Shown here piece after piece: positions 58,774 through 64,000 of a DNA stretch of 64,000 nt; the first letter of the stretch is position 1, and the number at the start of each line of letters is the position of its first letter. Where the stretch lies: the NCBI GenBank assembly GCA_947445035.1, contig CANFCK010000003.1, positions 168,218 through 232,217 of the forward strand, read 5' to 3'. This stretch comes from Deltaproteobacteria bacterium. Its GTDB lineage: Bacteria > Myxococcota_A > UBA796 > SXON01. Made by a program: the position numbers and the translations under genes. The notes beneath the pieces are model-generated. The model did no database searches. It was not told the DNA's origin and worked only from the letters and a program-made list of their open reading frames with translations.

Positions 58774-59673
58774 CTACTGCCCGAGGATGATCGGCGTGTC
58801 CCCGTTCAGGACGATGACCTTGGCGTTGGCGCTGGTCGCCAGCTCCTTGTAGGCCTTGATCTGCTCGTAGCGGAGCTGGTTGTCGTTGAGGCTGGCGCTG
58901 ACGATGCGCTGGTAGTCGGCGATGCCCTGCGCCTCGACGCGCTTACGCTCGGCCTCCTGCTGTTCTTTCTGCAAGACGAAGACCATCTTCTGCGATTCCT
59001 GCTCGGCCTGGATCTTGCCTTCGATGGTGGTCTTGACCGAGGCCGGGAGCGAGAGGTTCCGCACCAGCACGCTCTCCACGACGATGCTGCGCGAGGCCAG
59101 CTCGCTGGTGATCGACTCGGTGATCTTGAGCTGGAACTCGTCGCGCTTTTCGGTGTAGAGCTGCACCGCCTGGTAGTAGACGGCGGCGTCACGGACGCGA
59201 GAACGCGCGATGGGCCGGATGACGTTTTCTTCGTAGTTGATGCCCACCTCGCTCAGCAGCTTGGGCGCTTCGCTGGGGAGCACCCGGTAGAGCACGGTCA
59301 TGTCGATGATCACCTCCAGGCCGTCGCTGGTCAGCGCGCGGATCGCGTCATCGCCCTGCTTCAGCCCCTCGTCGTGGAGCGCGCTCATCGTGTAGTTGCG
59401 TGTCTTGCCATCGACGTGGACCACGGTGGCCAGTGGATTGACGAAGTGGAGCCCCGGCGCCAGGACGTCGGGGGAGACCTTGCCGAACAGCTTCACCACC
59501 CCGATCACGCCAGCGTCCACGGCGACGGTGGCGGACACGATCGCAGCGCCGAGCATCATCAGCGGGCCGAGAATGTTGAAGACCCGCGCGAGCGGGGCCA
59601 GACGAGCGTCGCTGGCACGAATCACCACGGCCGCGACGAGGAGGACACCACCGAGCACGAAGAAGGGCATCAC
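58774..59673 (-). CDS. SPFH/prohibitin-family protein
   Basis: Two TM helices, PGLHFVNP, TSDGL, RSRVRD, EAERKRVEAQG. Confidence 0.92.
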   Translation of the reverse strand: MMPFFVLGGVLLVAAVVIRASDARLAPLARVFNILGPLMMLGAAIVSATVAVDAGVIGVVKLFGKVSPDVLAPGLHFVNPLATVVHVDGKTRNYTMSALHDEGLKQGDDAIRALTSDGLEVIIDMTVLYRVLPSEAPKLLSEVGINYEENVIRPIARSRVRDAAVYYQAVQLYTEKRDEFQLKITESITSELASRSIVVESVLVRNLSLPASVKTTIEGKIQAEQESQKMVFVLQKEQQEAERKRVEAQGIADYQRIVSASLNDNQLRYEQIKAYKELATSANAKVIVLNGDTPIILGQ

Positions 59674-59704
59674 TTAGCGATAAGCACCGTTCGGCCCGCG
59701 ACCG

Positions 59705-60643
59705 CTATCGGTGCAGCCCATCCTCGACGAAACCTTCGGGCTCGACCTGGATCGTGCTGTGCGAAATCCCGAACTCGTCCCGCAGACAAGCCGCCCCCGC
59801 CGACAGGATTACGCCGGCATCCTGCCCTGGCGCGGCGACGAGATGCCCGCTCATCGAGATCATGCCGCTGGTGATCGTCCACACGTGCACGTCGTGCACG
59901 CCCGCGACGCCGGGGAGGGCGGCAAGCTTCGCCCGCATCCGCTCGGTGTCGATGTGGGCGGGTGCCGTCTCCATCAGCACGCCAACGCACTCCTGGAGCA
60001 GCTTGTAGGCGCTTCGCAGCACGAGGATCGCGATGAGCAGGCTTGCCACGGGATCCGCCCACGACCAACCGTACGCCCACACCGCGAGCCCCGCGAGGAT
60101 CGCGCCGGCGCTGCCGAGCGAGTCCGACAGCAGATGTAGCCACGCACCGCGCACGTTGAGCCCGCTGCGATCGGCACCGCTGAGGATGCCGAGACCGATG
60201 AGATTGACGACCAGCCCACCCGCCGCGATGGCGATCATCGGCCCCGGGAGTATCTCGGTCGGTTGGCCGAGTCGGAGCAGGCCCTCGACAAAAACCCCCA
60301 CGCCGATGGCCAGGAGGGCCGCCCCGTTGACCACCGCCGCCAAAACCTCTGCTCGATGATATCCATAGGTGCGACGGTGATCTTCTGGCAGCCGTGCCAA
60401 GCGCAGCGCGAACAGCGTCACCCCGAGCGCCGCCGCGTCAGAAAGCATGTGTCCAGCGTCAGCCATGAGCGCCAGCGAGCCGGTGAACCACCCGCCGACC
60501 GCCTCGACCCCCATGTAGGCGAGGCCGAGGAGCAGCGTCGCAAAGAGGCGCCGCTCGTCCTGGGTGCGCGAGTGCGCGTGGCCTTGGCCGTGATCGTGGC
60601 CGTGAGCATGCCCATGCTGGTGATCGTGCCCGCCTGCCGACAT
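59705..60643 (-). CDS. Cation diffusion facilitator (CzcD/ZitB-like Zn/Co/Cd exporter)
   Basis: His-rich N-terminus, ADAGHMLSD, TYGYHRAE, LHLLSD, HDVHVW, HSTIQVE. Confidence 0.95.
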   Translation of the reverse strand: MSAGGHDHQHGHAHGHDHGQGHAHSRTQDERRLFATLLLGLAYMGVEAVGGWFTGSLALMADAGHMLSDAAALGVTLFALRLARLPEDHRRTYGYHRAEVLAAVVNGAALLAIGVGVFVEGLLRLGQPTEILPGPMIAIAAGGLVVNLIGLGILSGADRSGLNVRGAWLHLLSDSLGSAGAILAGLAVWAYGWSWADPVASLLIAILVLRSAYKLLQECVGVLMETAPAHIDTERMRAKLAALPGVAGVHDVHVWTITSGMISMSGHLVAAPGQDAGVILSAGAACLRDEFGISHSTIQVEPEGFVEDGLHR

Positions 60644-60690
60644 CGTCGCGGCCGTATCCTCCCGCGCCGGCCCGTGGTACCGTGCTCGCC

Positions 60691-61455
60691 GTGACCCTCC
60701 TCTCCTTGTTTGTCGCCTGCGTCGAAATCCCCGCCGAAGTGGCGCCGCCCACCTTGGAATCACAGTCCCTCCTGGCGCTACAGCGCTTCTATGAGGACGA
60801 CGCCACCGAGCAGATCGAGACGCTGATCGACCTCGTCGCCGACGAGGTGGGTGACGAGGCGGGCGGGTTCTACTTCGAACCGCTCACCCCCGAAGACGTG
60901 GAGATGTTCGAGCACTCCGACGCAGCGATCTGGGAGCACACCGCCGGCTGCGCGACGTTCTCGAAGATGCGCGGGACGGTCGCGCAGTACGCGACCAGCG
61001 TTCCCGAGGCCGACCAGAGTTTCCCCCACGAGACCTACAAGTTGTGGTCCCGCGAGATCACCGGCGGCACGGAAGCGGAGTTCCTCGCCGGCGGCCCGCT
61101 CGACACCTGGAACGAGGTCGAAAAGGAGGGTTTCGCCTTCACCGTCGCCTACGGAATGGACAAGGACTACCGCTGGATTGGCGACGACACCCTGGCCATG
61201 ATCAGCCTCGTGCCTGAGGGCGAGCAGCCCATCGACGCCTTCGGCACCGAGCTGGTGGTGGGCTTCACCATCGAGTTGTGGACCGAGATCGACGGGGAGC
61301 TGGTCTGGTACAACGGGAGTTGGACCGAGATCGAGAGCCCGCTCGACGAGGACACCGTCGACATCGAGTGGTGGCTCGATCAGCTCATCGACGGGACGAT
61401 CGACTACTTCGAAGGCACCGAGCTGCACGTGATGGGCGAAGAGGTGGTGGAGTAG
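60691..61455 (+). CDS. Acidic hypothetical lipoprotein
   Basis: MTLLSLFVAC lipobox; TACCGT 7 nt before GTG 60691 (alternative start 60682). Confidence 0.75.
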   Translation: MTLLSLFVACVEIPAEVAPPTLESQSLLALQRFYEDDATEQIETLIDLVADEVGDEAGGFYFEPLTPEDVEMFEHSDAAIWEHTAGCATFSKMRGTVAQYATSVPEADQSFPHETYKLWSREITGGTEAEFLAGGPLDTWNEVEKEGFAFTVAYGMDKDYRWIGDDTLAMISLVPEGEQPIDAFGTELVVGFTIELWTEIDGELVWYNGSWTEIESPLDEDTVDIEWWLDQLIDGTIDYFEGTELHVMGEEVVE

Positions 61456-61468
61456 GCCCCGACGAGCG

Positions 61469-64000
61469 TCACCCCCGCGCGCCCACCTGGATGCCGAGCG
61501 ACTGGACCGGTAACTCCCCAAGGGAGCGGCGGGTTTCCCCATCGGGCCCGAAGTTCCACGCCGGGAGCAGGGTGCGCTCGATCGACAGCTTGAGGTCGAG
61601 CCCCTTGGTTCCGAGCGGCACGGAGATCATCACCCGGTCCTTTCGAGCGACGTCGGGGACAAGGCCGACGAAACCCGAGGCCTCCACGATGAGTTGTTTG
61701 GTTCGAAATAGCCGAAGGGTGAGCCGGGCCGCGGGCTCCACGTGGTATCCGTACGCGATGGTGTCCCCGCTCGCCGCGTGGTGGTAGCCTGCCGACGCCC
61801 CGGCGAAGACGCCGAAATAGGGCTAGCGCAAACCGCCGTACAGCGCGTAGCTGGGATCGACTGACAGCGCGATCGGTCCTTCTTCCTCCCCATCTGCGTA
61901 CTCCACCTTGTCGACGTAGGTCATCCCGAAGGTGAATCGAAGGCCGAGCTGGTCGTGGATCACCGGACCGTAGCGGAGCTTGAGCAGCGACTCCAGCACG
62001 CCATAGTGCGCGTCGAAGCCGACCATGACCGGCGCGATGCGCGAGCCGACCTCCGACCCGGTCTGGATTTCGCTGGGCGCCAGCCCGACATGCCCGTCGA
62101 TGAACTCGTTGGGCGGCAAAACCCCCGCCTGGTAGCTCTCCGTGGACACCGAAGCGACGGCCTTGTCGGCCCGTAGTGGAGCACCGGCGCCTACGACAAT
62201 CGGACTCGACAGGTAACGTGTCGCGACCTCGAAAGAGAGCCCGATGGGCGCGGCGCGGACGGTCTCCCGGGGGGCCAAGAGGCCCTCGACCACCGCGGCC
62301 GCCAGCCCGAACTCGGTCTGAAACCACGACGCAGCCTCGCCCTCGGCCTTGCCGTCGTGAAGGACCGAACGCACGAACGCCTCGCCGGCGGCGGCGCCGT
62401 CTCCGCCACCGAGGGCAAGCCGCCCCTCGTCTCGCGCCAACTTCGCGCGATGCGCTCGAACACGGGCGCTCAGTCCGCCGTGAAGCTCAGTCGCCGCGGC
62501 GCCCGCAACGGCCGGCGCGATCGCGATCACCGAATGCGATGGCGAAATGCTCTGCGTCAGGTGTGTGACGGGGTCCGCGTCGGTGTGCCCGGGAACGTCG
62601 TAGGCCCATGAGGACGCCTCGGACCCGTGCCGCTGGCTGAACGGCGTCGAAAGCGTGGTGCCGTCCGTCCAGACGATGGACGCCGCGCCGCTGATCTCCA
62701 CGACCACCTCACGCGTCGTCACCGAATAGGTGACCGACCGCTGCACGTCCCGGTGCTTCTCGATGTCGCGCAGCTCATAGATCGGGACCAGCCGATTTTC
62801 GTAAACCGGCTCCTGCCGCACGCCGTAGACCCAGCCGCCCTCCACATTCTCCTGGTAGCCGACCTCGCGGGTGCCGGTCTGCACCACCACCAAGTCGGTG
62901 CCGATCTGGACGTTCTCCTGAACATAGTAGAGCTCGTCCGCCACGTACCCATGCTGGCGCGAGCTGACCGAATCTCGTGATGTCGCGATGCATTGGCTGG
63001 ACATCGAAGTCAGCAGCGTCGGCAGCGCACCCTTGGGGAAGGCGGCACCCACGAGGCTTTCCATGGGCCCACAAGGACCAGTGCTCGCGGGCGGCGGGGT
63101 CAGCGCCAACGAGGTGGCAAAGCTGGGCTCGAGCCGGGCACGCTCGGCGGTCGCAAGGCGACCCTCTCCTGAAAGCGAGGCAGCAGCGCGCAGATGGAGC
63201 AGTCTGCGGTACCCGGGCGGGAGCGCCTCCGCCTGAGTGGCATGCCAGACGGCGCCCTCAGACGCGACCCTGGCCAGCCGAGCGACGAGCGGGTGCCCCG
63301 GCTCGACCTGAGCCGACAATGGCAAGAGCGCGTCGTAGAGCGGAAGGTACCGGTGCGCCGCGGACTCCTCGTCCGTCCTGGCGAAAATCAGGGCGCGAGC
63401 GTCCGTTTCAGCGCGGTCGGCAAGCGCGATCGCTGGTGACGGCGCGCCCAGCGCGCGCGCAAGCCTTCGCAGCGAAAGGGCCCGATCGAACGAGGTGACC
63501 GCGTTGTCGACGGTCGGCGGCGGGTACGAAGCGCTCCCCGCGCGGTCGAACTCGCCGGCGAGCGCTGCGTCGAACGCCTCGGGGAAATTTCGCTGTCGTA
63601 GGGCCGCCCGCAGGTCCAAAAGCTCGCCGAGCCGATCGAGTCCGCCGGACGGGCCCGGCGCTGGAAACCCGATGCTGACGCTCTGACCGAAGGCGGCCAC
63701 GACGGTGTCGATGGGCTCTTGCGGGGCGCCGGACGCCAACGCCGCATCGAAGAGATCCAGGAGCTCGGCAAGCCGGACCTCGACCTCGGCTGGCTCGCGC
63801 GCCGCGAGGTCCAGGACCGACACCGCGCGCAGGACTTCGCCGTCGATCCGCGCGGAGAGTTGTTCAGGAATACCGGCAGAAAAGGCTGCTTTTCGCAGTT
63901 CAAACAGCTCGGCGGCGTAGGCGGCCGTGGTGGGAGACGGGGCCATCCCCAACAAGGCGTCCACCCTGGGCGACCACTCCCCCTCCATCAAGCGTTTGCG
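61469..64000 (-). pseudogene. Large hypothetical (probably outer-membrane) protein, 5' partial, interrupted by an in-frame TAG at 61823-61825
   Basis: ORF 61823..63991 continues in the same frame after the TAG for 117 more codons of amphipathic beta-strand-like sequence to TGA at 61469. Confidence 0.7.

Noticed and set aside
61823-61825. Genome-wide TAG recoding or pyrrolysine
   Set aside because: Several conserved genes here (e.g. murA, the kinase, TolC, the ATP-grasp ligase) end in TAG at expected positions; no pyl genes seen
1-64000. Mobile elements, prophage or defence island
   Set aside because: No transposase, integrase, phage structural or intact defence genes recognised; no att-like duplication of the tRNA 3' end noticed

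Overview
High-GC (roughly 70% by eye) bacterial chromosomal window, most consistent with an uncultured Myxococcota/deltaproteobacterial lineage: MYXO-CTERM-like tails, a PEGA Ser/Thr kinase, many short-signal lipoproteins with DT-rich linkers, and futalosine-pathway genes. It holds about 50 densely packed CDSs. Housekeeping genes include the murA-dnaG-rpoD-tRNA-zinc ribbon-THUMP methyltransferase run, kdsD-kdsA, radA, mqnC, a UbiD/MqnL-type decarboxylase, cystathionine beta-synthase, tryptophan dioxygenase, gloB and plsC. The rest is envelope and accessory genes. No transposase, integrase, prophage or CRISPR array was seen. Most notable observations: (1) an unannotated, apparently leaderless 28-aa peptide ORF with three consecutive TGT (Cys) codons, followed by competing hairpins, upstream of a RimK-like ATP-grasp ligase (candidate cysteine-sensing attenuator); (2) the tRNA after rpoD has a tRNA-Ile2 body but a UAU anticodon instead of CAU; (3) a recurring TANNNT-N5-8-start-codon signature suggesting widespread leaderless mRNAs; (4) a tightly coupled five-gene operon joining an SdpA/SdpB-like (DUF5819/HTTM) pair with an MBOAT/SGNH acyl-transfer pair; (5) a radical SAM protein with a Cys-less second radical-SAM-like domain, next to a coiled-coil glycosyltransferase and a second radical SAM; (6) a 2228-aa pentapeptide/TM/TPR protein; (7) an in-frame amber codon in a large gene at the right end. 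All family calls come from motif recognition by eye; no database searches were run.
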